Source: Cyanobium sp. NIES-981
GTDB lineage: Bacteria > Cyanobacteriota > Cyanobacteriia > PCC-6307 > Cyanobiaceae
Direction of reading: 5' to 3'
Assembly: GCA_945896675.1 (NCBI GenBank)
Contig: CAMDEM010000003.1
Span: forward strand, 25,000 to 88,999
Length of the DNA: 64,000 bases
The notes under the pieces were generated by a model that saw only the letters and a program-made list of their open reading frames with translations, did no database searches and was not told the DNA's origin. The position numbers were made by a program, and so were the translations under genes. The first letter of the stretch is position 1. Each line of letters opens with the position of its first letter. Shown here piece by piece: positions 1 through 9,526 of the stretch.

Positions 1-33
1 CTGGAGCGGATTCTCTCAGGTACCCGCCCCCCC

Positions 34-942
34 TCACGGCAACAAGTCGGCCAAAGGGTTATCGAGCTGGCAGTGGCCGCACCAGCTGCTGAAGGTGTTC
101 ACCAGCAGCATTGTGACGGTCATCGGGCCCACACCCCCTGGCACCGGGCTAATGGCCCTGGCGATGGGCTCCACCTCTTCAAAGCGCACATCACCGCAAA
201 GCCTGGCCTTGGCATCGGGGCCGGATTGGGGGCCTGGCTCCAGCCGGTGAATGCCCACATCCACCACCACAGCCCCAGGTTTGACGTGGTCAGCGCCGAT
301 GATGCGGGGCTTGCCGGCAGCCACCACCAGCACATCGGCCTGGCGGGTGAGCTCTTCGAGCTGCTGGGTACGGGAGTGGGCCACCGTGACGGTGGCATGG
401 GCCGCCTGCAGCATCAGGGCCATGGGCTGGCCCACCAAGATGCTGCGCCCCACCACCACAGCCCGCTTGCCAGCCAGCTCCACCCCGGCTGCAGCAAGCA
501 GGGCCATCACCCCCGCCGGGGTGCAACTGCGGGGGCCTGGCTCACCCTTTAAAAGGTGCCCGAGGTTGAGGGTGTGCAAACCATCGGCATCCTTGGCTGG
601 ATCAATAGCCGCCAACAGCGGCCCCTCGTCCAGGCCAGCCGGCAGGGGCAATTGCAGCAAGATCCCATCAACCTGGGGGTCGGCATTCAGCCGTTGGATG
701 GCGCCCAAGACCTCGGCCGCGGGCGTGTTCGCCGGCAGGTGAGCCCCCAGGTTGGTGATGCCAATGCGGGCGCAGGCCTTTTCCTTGTTCGCCACATAGA
801 CCCCGCTGGCGGGGTCATCCCCCACCCGCAGCACCGCCAGACCCGGGGGGCGGCCGGCCAGGGCCAGGCGTTCAGCCACCGCGCCCTGCAAGCGCTGCTC
901 GATCTCGGCCGCCAGCTGACGGCCGTCCAAGCGCATAGCCAT
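34..942 (-). CDS. folD: bifunctional methylenetetrahydrofolate dehydrogenase/cyclohydrolase
   Basis: [10 protein letters not shown] start, [45 protein letters not shown]; ATG at 942 preferred. Confidence 0.96.
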   Translation of the reverse strand: MAMRLDGRQLAAEIEQRLQGAVAERLALAGRPPGLAVLRVGDDPASGVYVANKEKACARIGITNLGAHLPANTPAAEVLGAIQRLNADPQVDGILLQLPLPAGLDEGPLLAAIDPAKDADGLHTLNLGHLLKGEPGPRSCTPAGVMALLAAAGVELAGKRAVVVGRSILVGQPMALMLQAAHATVTVAHSRTQQLEELTRQADVLVVAAGKPRIIGADHVKPGAVVVDVGIHRLEPGPQSGPDAKARLCGDVRFEEVEPIARAISPVPGGVGPMTVTMLLVNTFSSWCGHCQLDNPLADLLP

Positions 943-993
943 GGAAAAGCCCACACTCACAAAGGCATCCTGCATCCCGGCTAGCGTTTAGCA

Positions 994-1017
994 AAGGTTT
1001 TGGCCAAGGTTTTGGCC
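994..1017. repeat. exact 12-bp tandem duplication (AAGGTTTTGGCC x2) in the folD/HD divergent promoter region
   Basis: seen directly: 994-1005 and 1006-1017. Confidence 0.9.
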
Positions 1018-1022
1018 TAGCG

Positions 1023-3080
1023 ATGGTTTTGCGGCGACTTCGAAGCCTTTGGCGCCAACTGCTGCGCAGCGAACGGCCAAAACAACAGCCCGCCCTCTGG
1101 CGCAGCCGCGACATCGCCGCCGTGTTGCTGCTCTGCGCGGTGGTGGCCATGCTCTCCAGCTGGCCCTGGCTGGTGGAGCCCAGTCTCCAGGCCGGCATGC
1201 CAGCGCCCTTCACCGCGCGGGCCCCAAAGGCGGCGCGGGTGATCGACAGCACGGCATTGGACGATCGCCGCGAACAAATGCTGCACCGCACCACGGTCCA
1301 AGTGGTGGATCCCCAGGCCAGCAAGAGCTTGATGGCGGCCCTGGAGGCCAAGTTGCTCGCAGTGGAACAGCAGGCCGATACGCGCCAATCCCAGGTGCAA
1401 ACCATTGCCCTCACCCCCCAGGAGCGGCAGTGGCTCACCAGCCTCAGCCCCACGCAACTGAGCCAATGGCGGCGCGACGTGTTGCAGGCCGAATTGCGGA
1501 TGCTGAGCCAGGGCCTCTCAGCCAGCGTGGCTGGCAACCAACTCCTAACAGCGGCGACCCTGCAACTGGAGGCCCTGCCAGCCGCTGGCCGGGACCTTGG
1601 GGCAAGGCTCCTGGCGAGTGCGCTGGAGGGCCATTCCAATCTGCGCAGTGATCCCGGCCTGAGCCAGCGCCGCATTGAGGCCCTCATCACCCAACAGGGC
1701 ATCCCCACCATTGCCGTGCAAGCCGGCGATCTGATCACCCGCCAGGGCGAAGCCATCACCCCCCAGGCCTTCGATGTCCTGGATTACTTCGGCCTGGTGA
1801 ACCGCCGGCCCCGGCCCCTGACCTGGCTGGGCCATTTTGTGGAGTCCTTCGCCGGCTGCGGCGTGATGGTGGCGGGGTTGCGGCGCTGGCGGCCCTCCCT
1901 CGAGCCCCGCCAGACCCTCTTGGCCCTTGGGGGGCTTGGGGTGGTCGGCGGTTTCAGCCTCTGGTTAGGCCCCCTGGCCAGCCCCCTGGTGCTGTTGATC
2001 CCGCCAACGCTCTTGCTCGCCCAAAGCCTCGGCACCAGCTGCGGCCTCACCTGGCTCGCTGCGGCCAGCCTGCTTTGGCCCCTACCCATGGGCGCCCTGG
2101 TGGGCACCCGCCTGTTGGTGGCAGCCCTGATCGGCTCCCTTGCCGCCATCACCGCCGGTCGCCAACGCAGCCGAGCTGAACTCTTGCAACTGGCGGTGTT
2201 CCTCCCCTGTGGCGCCCTGGCGCTGCAATGGCTGCTGCTGCAAAGCCGCAGCCCCGTCGCCCAAGTGGATCTGCTCAGCGAAGCCCTTTTGCTGGGAGGC
2301 CTGTTGATGGGAGGGCTCTTGGTGGCACCCCTGATCGAAACCTTTTTCGGCCTGCTGACCCGGGCCCGGCTGCTGGAACTGGCCGATCTGGAACGTCCGC
2401 TCCTACGCCGCCTGTCCTGCGAGGCCCCTGGAACCTTTGAACACACCTTGATGATTGCCGGGCTGGCTGAGGAAGGGGCCCGGGCCATCGGCGCCGATGT
2501 GGACCTGGTGCGCACCGGTTCGCTGTATCACGATGTCGGCAAACTGCATGCGCCCCAATGGTTCATCGAAAACCAGGGAGATGGCAGCAACCCCCACGAC
2601 AAGCTCGATGATCCCTTCGGCAGTGCGGCAATCCTTCAAGCCCATGTGGATGAGGGCCTGAAATTGGCCCGGCGCTATCGCCTACCCAAACCCCTCGCCG
2701 ACTTCATTCCCGAACACCAGGGCACCTTGAAGATGGGCTATTTCCTCCATCAGGCCAGGGAGCGGGATGCCAGCACCAGCGAAGCCAACTTCCGCTATCG
2801 GGGACCCACCCCCCGGAGCCGCGAAACCGGGATCTTGATGCTGGCCGATGGCTGTGAAGCTGCCCTGCGCTCCCTGCCCCCGGGCACCAGCGAAGCCGAG
2901 GCCAAAGCCATGGTGCAGCGCATCGTGGAGGCCCGTCAAAGCGACGGCCAATTGGTGAGTAGCGGCATCGGCCGGGCGGAGCTGGAGCTGCTAATCCGGG
3001 CCTTTGTGCGGGTCTGGAAACGCATGCGCCATCGCCGCATCCCCTATCCGATCCCCGCCCGCAAAGCCTTTAGCGCCTAG
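1023..3080 (+). CDS. 7TM-HD (HDIG) membrane phosphohydrolase, PgpH-like family
   Basis: N-terminal TM, extracellular domain, multiple TMs, EAPGTFEH, LYHDVGK, HV..G, EHQGT, MLADGCEAA. Confidence 0.88.
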   Translation: MVLRRLRSLWRQLLRSERPKQQPALWRSRDIAAVLLLCAVVAMLSSWPWLVEPSLQAGMPAPFTARAPKAARVIDSTALDDRREQMLHRTTVQVVDPQASKSLMAALEAKLLAVEQQADTRQSQVQTIALTPQERQWLTSLSPTQLSQWRRDVLQAELRMLSQGLSASVAGNQLLTAATLQLEALPAAGRDLGARLLASALEGHSNLRSDPGLSQRRIEALITQQGIPTIAVQAGDLITRQGEAITPQAFDVLDYFGLVNRRPRPLTWLGHFVESFAGCGVMVAGLRRWRPSLEPRQTLLALGGLGVVGGFSLWLGPLASPLVLLIPPTLLLAQSLGTSCGLTWLAAASLLWPLPMGALVGTRLLVAALIGSLAAITAGRQRSRAELLQLAVFLPCGALALQWLLLQSRSPVAQVDLLSEALLLGGLLMGGLLVAPLIETFFGLLTRARLLELADLERPLLRRLSCEAPGTFEHTLMIAGLAEEGARAIGADVDLVRTGSLYHDVGKLHAPQWFIENQGDGSNPHDKLDDPFGSAAILQAHVDEGLKLARRYRLPKPLADFIPEHQGTLKMGYFLHQARERDASTSEANFRYRGPTPRSRETGILMLADGCEAALRSLPPGTSEAEAKAMVQRIVEARQSDGQLVSSGIGRAELELLIRAFVRVWKRMRHRRIPYPIPARKAFSA

Positions 3081-3103
3081 GCACCGCCTAAACAGCCCCC
3101 CGC

Positions 3104-3535
3104 CTACCGAAAGCCCCCCTGCCCCGATTGAAAGGCTCGCTCCCCGAGGCGCATCACGCCAAAGCCGGCGACCACCGCCAGCAAACCGCCCAGCATGCTC
3201 ACCAAGACAACGGCCAAGCCATCGCTGGCGTGACCGCGGCCAAAGGCCCGCGCCAACTCCAACATCCAGGAGCTGAAGGTTGTGAGGGAGCCACAAAACC
3301 CAATCGCCGCCAACAACATCAGCCGCGGCCGAGGGGGCCTGAGGGCGATCAGCAGGCCGATACAAAACGAGCCGAGCAGATTGGCGATCAAGTCCGACTC
3401 GGCGGCCCCTCGCAGGCCCCCCACCCAGTGGTGACCCACCGTCTCCAGCTGCCAGCGCAGGAGGGCCCCTGGAATCGCCCCCGCCGCCACAAGGCCCAAT
3501 TCGCCCAGCTCCATGGCCAAGGTGGGCCCCTTCAT
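3104..3535 (-). CDS. crcB: fluoride channel Fluc/CrcB (second paralog)
   Basis: GAIPGALLRW, ANLLGSF, GFCGSLTTFSSW; ATGA overlap with upstream crcB. Confidence 0.88.
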   Translation of the reverse strand: MKGPTLAMELGELGLVAAGAIPGALLRWQLETVGHHWVGGLRGAAESDLIANLLGSFCIGLLIALRPPRPRLMLLAAIGFCGSLTTFSSWMLELARAFGRGHASDGLAVVLVSMLGGLLAVVAGFGVMRLGERAFQSGQGGFR

Positions 3536-3906
3536 GGCTGCCCCCCGATCGCCAAGCCCGTGGCCATGGCGATCAAGCCGCCCAGCACCGAGCCTCCCCC
3601 CAAAAGAACCGCCTCACCCCAACGGCGCCCGCGCAACACCACAAACAACTCAGCCATGAAGGTGGAAAAGGTACTGAAACTGCCCAAGAAACCGGTGCCC
3701 AAAAGCAACAGAAGCCGCGGGGCCGAAGGCCCACAGCTCTGCTCCAGGCCCACCAGCAACCCCAAACAGAAACAGGCCAGCAGGTTGACGCCAAAGGTGC
3801 CCCAGTGCTTGCGGGGAATGAGCGGCTCGAAATGGTTGACCACCCGAAAGCGCAACCAGGCCCCAGGCACCGCGCCCATGGCCACCAGCACGGCGTCGTT
3901 TGCCAT
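3532..3906 (-). CDS. crcB: fluoride channel Fluc/CrcB (first paralog)
   Basis: GAVPGAWLR, WGTFGVN, GFLGSFSTFSTF. Confidence 0.9.
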   Translation of the reverse strand: MANDAVLVAMGAVPGAWLRFRVVNHFEPLIPRKHWGTFGVNLLACFCLGLLVGLEQSCGPSAPRLLLLLGTGFLGSFSTFSTFMAELFVVLRGRRWGEAVLLGGGSVLGGLIAMATGLAIGGQP

Positions 3907-4235
3907 CAACGCTGGCTCCGCTGCCGCAGAACAGCCTGGATTTTGCGCTCCAAGACAATCCCTGCCGGGAAGAGGGTCACGCCATTGGCGACGATCAAGG
4001 GCCCGTCATGGGTTAGCAGGCCGTAGATACCCCAGAGGGCAATGCCAGTGGTGAACAGGCCATACATCCGCAACGAAATCCCTGAGGTGTCGCGGCTGCG
4101 CAGGGTTTTCAGTGCCTGGGGAAAGAAACTCAGCGTGGTGAGACTGGCGGCCACATAGCCCAGGAGCTGCACCCCAGAGGGCACCCCAGACGACACCGCC
4201 GGGAGGGCCGCTACCGGTAGCAAAGATGGCTGCAT
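3906..4235 (-). CDS. SemiSWEET / PQ-loop small transporter
   Basis: LGYVAASLTTLSFFPQALKTLRSRDTSGIS ... LWGIYG ... PLIVAN; 3 TM; start uncertain. Confidence 0.87.
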   Translation of the reverse strand: MQPSLLPVAALPAVSSGVPSGVQLLGYVAASLTTLSFFPQALKTLRSRDTSGISLRMYGLFTTGIALWGIYGLLTHDGPLIVANGVTLFPAGIVLERKIQAVLRQRSQR

Positions 4236-4353
4236 TGATGGGGGAATCACACGCCCCTCAGCATGCAGTGCGCAACGGCCCATAGCCAAACGGTCGCGCC
4301 GCAGCCAGGATCAGAGGGTTCTGCTGCGGCCCAGCTCGGTCCACCTGCTTGTC

Positions 4354-4743
4354 ATGGCATCAGCCCAAGAACGTTCCCAAACCCTGCCCGAGATGCCCGA
4401 TTGGGCCCCTTGGCTACAAGCTGGCCTGACCGCGATGCTGGCGGTGCTGTTTGTGGTGATGGTGGGCAAAATGCGCCAGCAGAGCAGCTCCATCCGCGCT
4501 CTGCAGGAGCGGGTGCAAGGGCTGGAAAACAGCCGGGCCCTCGAACGCACCAGCGGCTTGGAAGAGCAATTGAGAACAACCGTGCAACGGCTGCAAGTGG
4601 TGGAGCGCTCCAACGCCCGTCTTCAGGCCCTCAGCAGCGATAACAAACTGCTCAATGATCAGCTACGTCAACTGCGCTCTACGGGCACCAAGCTCGCCCC
4701 AGCCGACGAGCTGCCGCCCCTATTGCCACCTGTTAAGCCCTAA
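4354..4743 (+). CDS. hypothetical protein, single N-terminal TM plus coiled coil
   Basis: hydrophobic helix followed by heptad-like Q/E/L/R segment; fills gap between neighbours. Confidence 0.7.
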   Translation: MASAQERSQTLPEMPDWAPWLQAGLTAMLAVLFVVMVGKMRQQSSSIRALQERVQGLENSRALERTSGLEEQLRTTVQRLQVVERSNARLQALSSDNKLLNDQLRQLRSTGTKLAPADELPPLLPPVKP

Positions 4744-4754
4744 TCCGGCAAGCC

Positions 4755-5591
4755 CTAGCCCTTCACTGCGTCGCCGCTGGCACTGGGCAAGATGTAGCGC
4801 TGTAGGCCAATAAAGATCACCAGCACCGGCAAGATCGAAACCACCGAACCTGCGGCGACCAGCCTCCAGTCGAGGGAAAAACTGCTCGCCAACTGCTGCA
4901 AACCCAAGGGCAGCGTGTAGAGCTTGGGGTCATCCAAGATGACCAGGGGCCAGAGGAAATCACTCCAGGTTCCGATGAACACAAACATCGCCAGGGTGAT
5001 CAGATCAGCCCGGGCAGCTGGAAGCATCACGTTCCACCACTCACCAATCGGACTGCAGCCATCACTTCTGGCGGCCTCCTCAAGCTCCACAGGCACCCCG
5101 AGGAAACTCTGGCGCAGCAAGAAAATGCCAAAGGCGGTGGCGGCCTGGGGAATGATCAGGGCCCAAAGGGTATTTCTCAGGCCGACCTGCACCATCAACA
5201 GGTACAGGGGGATCATCACCACCTGAAACGGAATTAAAATGGTGGCCACCACCAGGGCCAGCACCAACCCCCTGCCAGCGAAACGCATCCTGGCCAAGGG
5301 ATAGGCCGCCAGGGAGCAAAACACAAGATTGGCGATCACCGCCAAGCCACTCACGATGGTGCTGTTGAGCAGGTAGGTGAGCATCGGGTTATCCCGAAAC
5401 AACCGGCCATAGGCCTCGAAGCTGGGTTGGGAGGGCAGCAGGGCCGGCGGACTGGTGAAGATGTTTTCAGCAGGCCCCTTCAGCGACGTGCTCACCAGCC
5501 ACAGCAGCGGCACCAACATCACCAGGGCCAACAACAACAGCAGACCCAACTGCAGGGCGTTGGTCCCTAGGGCGCGGGAACGGTTCTTCAA
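4755..5591 (-). CDS. carbohydrate ABC transporter permease (MalG/LacG-like)
   Basis: [25 protein letters not shown] motif [10 protein letters not shown]; overlaps leuA stop. Confidence 0.92.
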   Translation of the reverse strand: MKNRSRALGTNALQLGLLLLLALVMLVPLLWLVSTSLKGPAENIFTSPPALLPSQPSFEAYGRLFRDNPMLTYLLNSTIVSGLAVIANLVFCSLAAYPLARMRFAGRGLVLALVVATILIPFQVVMIPLYLLMVQVGLRNTLWALIIPQAATAFGIFLLRQSFLGVPVELEEAARSDGCSPIGEWWNVMLPAARADLITLAMFVFIGTWSDFLWPLVILDDPKLYTLPLGLQQLASSFSLDWRLVAAGSVVSILPVLVIFIGLQRYILPSASGDAVKG

Positions 5592-7231
5592 ACCCTGGGC
5601 CGCTCCGCCAGGGGCAGATCGCCCAGGGCGGGCAAGGGGGTTTTCTGGGGGTGGAGGGGCTGCGCCGCTGTTCCTGCAATCAAGCGGTTGAGGGCATTCA
5701 CAAACGCCTGGGCTGCCGCCACGACGATGTCGGTATCGGCGGCATGGCCGGAATACAGCACCCCCTGGTGGCGCAGGCGAATGGTGACATCGCCCATGGC
5801 ATCAATGCCTTCGGTGACACTCTTCACCGAAAACTCCACCAGCTCATTGGGCACCTGGGCTAGGCGATTCAAGGCCTGACAGACCGCATCCACAGGCCCT
5901 GTGCCGATGGAGACCTCGGTGATTTCGGCTCCATCGCTGGTGGTGAGGGTCACGGTGGCGGTGGGCTGGAGGTTGCTGCCGCAACTCACCTGCACGCTCT
6001 TCAGGGCGAAGCTCGGTTCAGCCTGTTGCTGCACCTGCTCGCTCACGATCGCCTCGAGATCGCGGTCGCTGATCTCCCGCTTGCGGTCGGCCAGCTCCTT
6101 GAAGCGGGCAAAGGCATCATCGAGATCTTCGCGCTCCAGGGTGTAGCCCAGATCCTCAAGGCGGGAGCGGAAAGCACTGCGGCCCGAAAGCTTGCCGAGG
6201 GAGATGCGGTTGTCCGCCAGGCCCACCGTGCGGGCATCAATGATTTCGTAGGTGAGGCGGTTCTTGAGCACGCCATCCTGGTGAATGCCCGATTCATGGG
6301 CAAAGGCGTTGGCCCCCACAATCGCCTTGTTGGGCTGGACCGCCATGCCGGTGAGGTTGGACACCAGCCGGGAGGTTTTGGTGATTTCTTCGGTGCGCAC
6401 CCCAGTCAGCGGCTTGGTGCTGTCAGCTGGGAAGCCCAGAAAGGGGTTGAAGTAACTGCGACGCACATGTAAGGCCATCACCAACTCCTCGAGGGAGGCG
6501 TTACCGGCCCTCTCACCGATGCCATTGATGGTGCATTCGAGCTGGCGGGCTCCGGTTTTGACGGCCTCAAGGAAATTGGCCACCGCCAAGCCCAGGTCGT
6601 TGTGACCATGCACGGAAATCACGGCCTGGTCAATGTTCGGCACGTTTGCGTTGATGCCAGCAATCAGCTCCCCAAACTCCGCCGGGGTGGCGTAGCCGAC
6701 GGTGTCGGGAATGTTGATGGTGGTGGCACCGGCGGCGATGGCCGCTTCGATCACCTGGTTCATAAAATCAGGATCACTGCGGCCGGCGTCTTCGCAGGAA
6801 AACTCGACATCGTCGACCAAGGAGCGGGCGTAGGCCACCATCTCGGAGGTGATCGCCAACACCTCAGCGCGGGTTTTGCGCAGTTTGTGCTCGAGGTGGA
6901 TGTCGCTCGTGGCAATAAAGGTATGGATGCGGCGATTCGCCGCGGGGGCCACGGCGTCGGCACAGGCCTTGATGTCGCCCCGGGCCGCCCGGGCCAGGCC
7001 ACAGATGATGGGCCCCTCAGCACCGCCCACCACCTCAGCGATGCGCTGGACAGCGCTGAAATCCCCGGGGCTGGCGAAGGGGAACCCGGCCTCGATGATG
7101 TCCACTCCCAGGCGGGCGAGCTGCTGGGCGATCGCCAACTTCTCCTCGAGGTTCAAGCTGGCGCCAGGCGATTGCTCGCCGTCGCGCAGGGTGGTGTCGA
7201 AGATCAATACCCGGCCGGGATCGCGGGCCAT
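5588..7231 (-). CDS. leuA: 2-isopropylmalate synthase
   Basis: [41 protein letters not shown], regulatory GTGPVDA. Confidence 0.97.
   Translation of the reverse strand: MARDPGRVLIFDTTLRDGEQSPGASLNLEEKLAIAQQLARLGVDIIEAGFPFASPGDFSAVQRIAEVVGGAEGPIICGLARAARGDIKACADAVAPAANRRIHTFIATSDIHLEHKLRKTRAEVLAITSEMVAYARSLVDDVEFSCEDAGRSDPDFMNQVIEAAIAAGATTINIPDTVGYATPAEFGELIAGINANVPNIDQAVISVHGHNDLGLAVANFLEAVKTGARQLECTINGIGERAGNASLEELVMALHVRRSYFNPFLGFPADSTKPLTGVRTEEITKTSRLVSNLTGMAVQPNKAIVGANAFAHESGIHQDGVLKNRLTYEIIDARTVGLADNRISLGKLSGRSAFRSRLEDLGYTLEREDLDDAFARFKELADRKREISDRDLEAIVSEQVQQQAEPSFALKSVQVSCGSNLQPTATVTLTTSDGAEITEVSIGTGPVDAVCQALNRLAQVPNELVEFSVKSVTEGIDAMGDVTIRLRHQGVLYSGHAADTDIVVAAAQAFVNALNRLIAGTAAQPLHPQKTPLPALGDLPLAERPRV
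7127..7136. repeat. HIP1-type palindrome GGCGATCGCC (representative; also 42553-42562, 58241-58250, plus core GCGATCGC elsewhere)
   Basis: seen directly; HIP1 is a known cyanobacterial over-represented palindrome; enrichment not computed. Confidence 0.55.
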
Positions 7232-7298
7232 ACAGGCGCCTCTAAGCGGAATGACTATGAGTTAGACCCAGTCTAAGGGGTGGGGCCCCTGGAAAGAC

Positions 7299-7322
7299 CT
7301 AGGGGTCGACGAAGGCCCCTAG
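7299..7322 (-). terminator. stem-loop overlapping the NYN gene stop, upstream of leuA
   Basis: CTAGGGGTC-GACGAA-GGCCCCTAG 9-bp inverted repeat (one G-T pair as written on +, an A-C mismatch on -); only a short T run follows on -. Confidence 0.4.
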
Positions 7323-7885
7323 CGAGTTCTAGAAAACACTGGCTCTTGGATGGCTTCAGCCTTTTCCAGATGGGGCCTCAGCTCGGCAAGGTCCCAAAAG
7401 CGATCCACGGCATTGCGCAGCTCCCGGGCCGCCATCCCCTCGGTGCCAATCAAGGTGATCCGTATCCCCTTGGCCCGCAACACCTCCACCAACCGCTCCA
7501 GATCCCGACTGCCACTCAAGAGCCATACCTCGTCGCTGCGATCAGCCACCGCCATCAAATCCAGGGCAATCTCCACATCGAGGTTGGCCCGGCCGAATTG
7601 GCGCTGATCCCCATCCCCGAGCTCGCGCAAGGGCTTGGTTCGAACCGTGAAGCCCAAGCCGGTTAGGGCATCGCGAAACGGACGCTGGTCGGTGGCGTCC
7701 TTGAGGCCCGCATACCAAAAGGCACTGCCCAACTCCAGGCCGTCCTGGGCCTGGGCAAAGGCCAGCAACCGCCGGGGGTCAAAGAACCAGCCCAACTTTT
7801 GCTGGGCGTAAAACATGCCGTGGCCATCGACAGCCAGGGTCAGCTGCCATGGGGGCTGGGAACTCCGGGCCTGGGACTTGGGCAT
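7319..7885 (-). CDS. LabA-like NYN domain protein
   Basis: VDGHGMFYAQQKLGWFFDPRR, DQRPFRDAL, ANLDVEIALD, ARELRNA resemble cyanobacterial LabA. Confidence 0.85.
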   Translation of the reverse strand: MPKSQARSSQPPWQLTLAVDGHGMFYAQQKLGWFFDPRRLLAFAQAQDGLELGSAFWYAGLKDATDQRPFRDALTGLGFTVRTKPLRELGDGDQRQFGRANLDVEIALDLMAVADRSDEVWLLSGSRDLERLVEVLRAKGIRITLIGTEGMAARELRNAVDRFWDLAELRPHLEKAEAIQEPVFSRTR

Positions 7886-7935
7886 TAGCGCAAGCCTAGA
7901 GACTTCCCCTAGAGTGGTAACAGCTCTTGATGACA

Positions 7936-9516
7936 ATGGCCGCAGGCGATCTGGCCCTGGGAAACCTCGCGATCGTGCTGCACGCGCACCTGCCGTACGT
8001 GCGCAGCAGCGAACCCGGATCCCTCGAAGAAGACTGGTACTTCCAAGCGCTGCAGGAGTGCTACCTGCCCCTGTTGGAGATGCTGGAAACGGCGGCGGCT
8101 GACCGCCACCAGCAGCCCCGACTCACCCTGGGGCTTTCCCCAACCCTCCTCTCCCTGCTGGGCGATGGGGAGCTCAATGGGCGCTTCTTGACCTGGCTGC
8201 AGCAGCGCCAAGACCTTTTGGCCCAAGCCCCAGCCAGCCACCAACCGGCTGCCGCCCATCTGCAGCGCCAACTGCAGGGAATCGTGCGGCAATGGCAACG
8301 CTGCCAGGGCCAATTAATCCCCCGCTTTCGACGCCTCCAGAGCCTTGGGGTGCTCGATCTGATCACCTGCGCCGCAACCCACGGATACCTGCCCCTCCTG
8401 CGCCAGGTGCCCGAGGCCGTCCGCGCCCAAGTGCGCACGGCCATTGCCGAACATGAGCGCCAACTCGGTGAACGCCCCCAGGGGATTTGGCTGCCCGAGT
8501 GCGCCTACTACGAGGGCCTCGACCAGACCCTGGTGGCCAACGGACTGCGCTACTCGGTGCTCGATGGCCATGGCCTCCTCCATGCCCTGCCGCGGCCCCG
8601 CTATGGGGTGTTTGCACCGATCTGCTCCCCGGGGGGGGTGGCCTTCTTTGGCCGGGATGGCAGTTCCACCCTGCCGGTGTGGAGTGCCCGCGATGGCTAC
8701 CCCGGCGATGGGGCCTATCGGGAATTCCACCGCGATCTCGGCTGGGATCTGCCGGAGGAGGAGTTGGCGAGCCGCGGCATCCCTAGCCGGCGCCCCCTTG
8801 GCCTCAAGCTGCACCGGGTCACGGCCCAGGGGTGCCCCTTGGAAGAGAAGCAGGCCTACGACCCCATCGCCGCCAGCGTCAAAGCCGAAGAGCATGCAGC
8901 GGCCTATCTGGCGGGCCGGGCCGAGGAACTGGGCGGATTGGCGAGCGCCATGGACCAACCGCCCCTGCTGGTCGCCCCGTTTGACGCCGAGCTCTTTGGC
9001 CATTGGTGGTTTGAAGGCCCCCAATTTCTTGCCGCCCTGTTTCGCCAAGCCGCCTCCCACGGCGTGCGCCTGGTGACCCTGAAGGAATGCCTGGCCTCGG
9101 AGGCTGCGCTCCAGGTCTGCCGGCCCTCACCCAGCAGCTGGGGCCAGGGGGGCTACCACGACTACTGGCTCAACGACAGCAACGCCTGGGTGGTGGCGGA
9201 ATGGCAACGGGCCTCCACGGCCATGGTGCGCCGGGTGAATCGGGGGGTGGGCAGTGCTGGGCAACGCCAACACCTCACCCAGGCCGGCCGTGAATTGCTG
9301 TTGGCCCAGAGCTCGGACTGGAGTTTCATCCTGCGGGCAGGCACCACCACCGACCTGGCTAAAGAGCGAATCGAGCGCCACCTGGATCGCTTCTGGCGGC
9401 TGATGGACGCCATCGACAACGGCACCCCATTACTCGATGAATGGCTCGAAGCTGTAGCCGAAGAGGACGGACTCTTCCCCCTGCTCAATGCGGCCGATTG
9501 GGTGAGCACCCCTTAG
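7936..9516 (+). CDS. glycoside hydrolase family 57 (GH57-type 1,4-alpha-glucan branching enzyme)
   Basis: LHAHLPYV, ATHGYLP, WLPECAY (nucleophile), PFDAELFGHWWFEG (acid/base), AQSSDW. Confidence 0.92.
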   Translation: MAAGDLALGNLAIVLHAHLPYVRSSEPGSLEEDWYFQALQECYLPLLEMLETAAADRHQQPRLTLGLSPTLLSLLGDGELNGRFLTWLQQRQDLLAQAPASHQPAAAHLQRQLQGIVRQWQRCQGQLIPRFRRLQSLGVLDLITCAATHGYLPLLRQVPEAVRAQVRTAIAEHERQLGERPQGIWLPECAYYEGLDQTLVANGLRYSVLDGHGLLHALPRPRYGVFAPICSPGGVAFFGRDGSSTLPVWSARDGYPGDGAYREFHRDLGWDLPEEELASRGIPSRRPLGLKLHRVTAQGCPLEEKQAYDPIAASVKAEEHAAAYLAGRAEELGGLASAMDQPPLLVAPFDAELFGHWWFEGPQFLAALFRQAASHGVRLVTLKECLASEAALQVCRPSPSSWGQGGYHDYWLNDSNAWVVAEWQRASTAMVRRVNRGVGSAGQRQHLTQAGRELLLAQSSDWSFILRAGTTTDLAKERIERHLDRFWRLMDAIDNGTPLLDEWLEAVAEEDGLFPLLNAADWVSTP

Positions 9517-9526
9517 GGGCCAAGAC

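Noticed and set aside
4236-4353. Fluoride riboswitch upstream of the crcB operon
   Set aside because: No GGNGATGGNGTTC..CTGATGAC-like consensus on the minus strand
7232-7298. Leucine attenuator upstream of leuA
   Set aside because: No ATG-initiated Leu-rich leader peptide; only a small TTAGAC/GTCTAA hairpin
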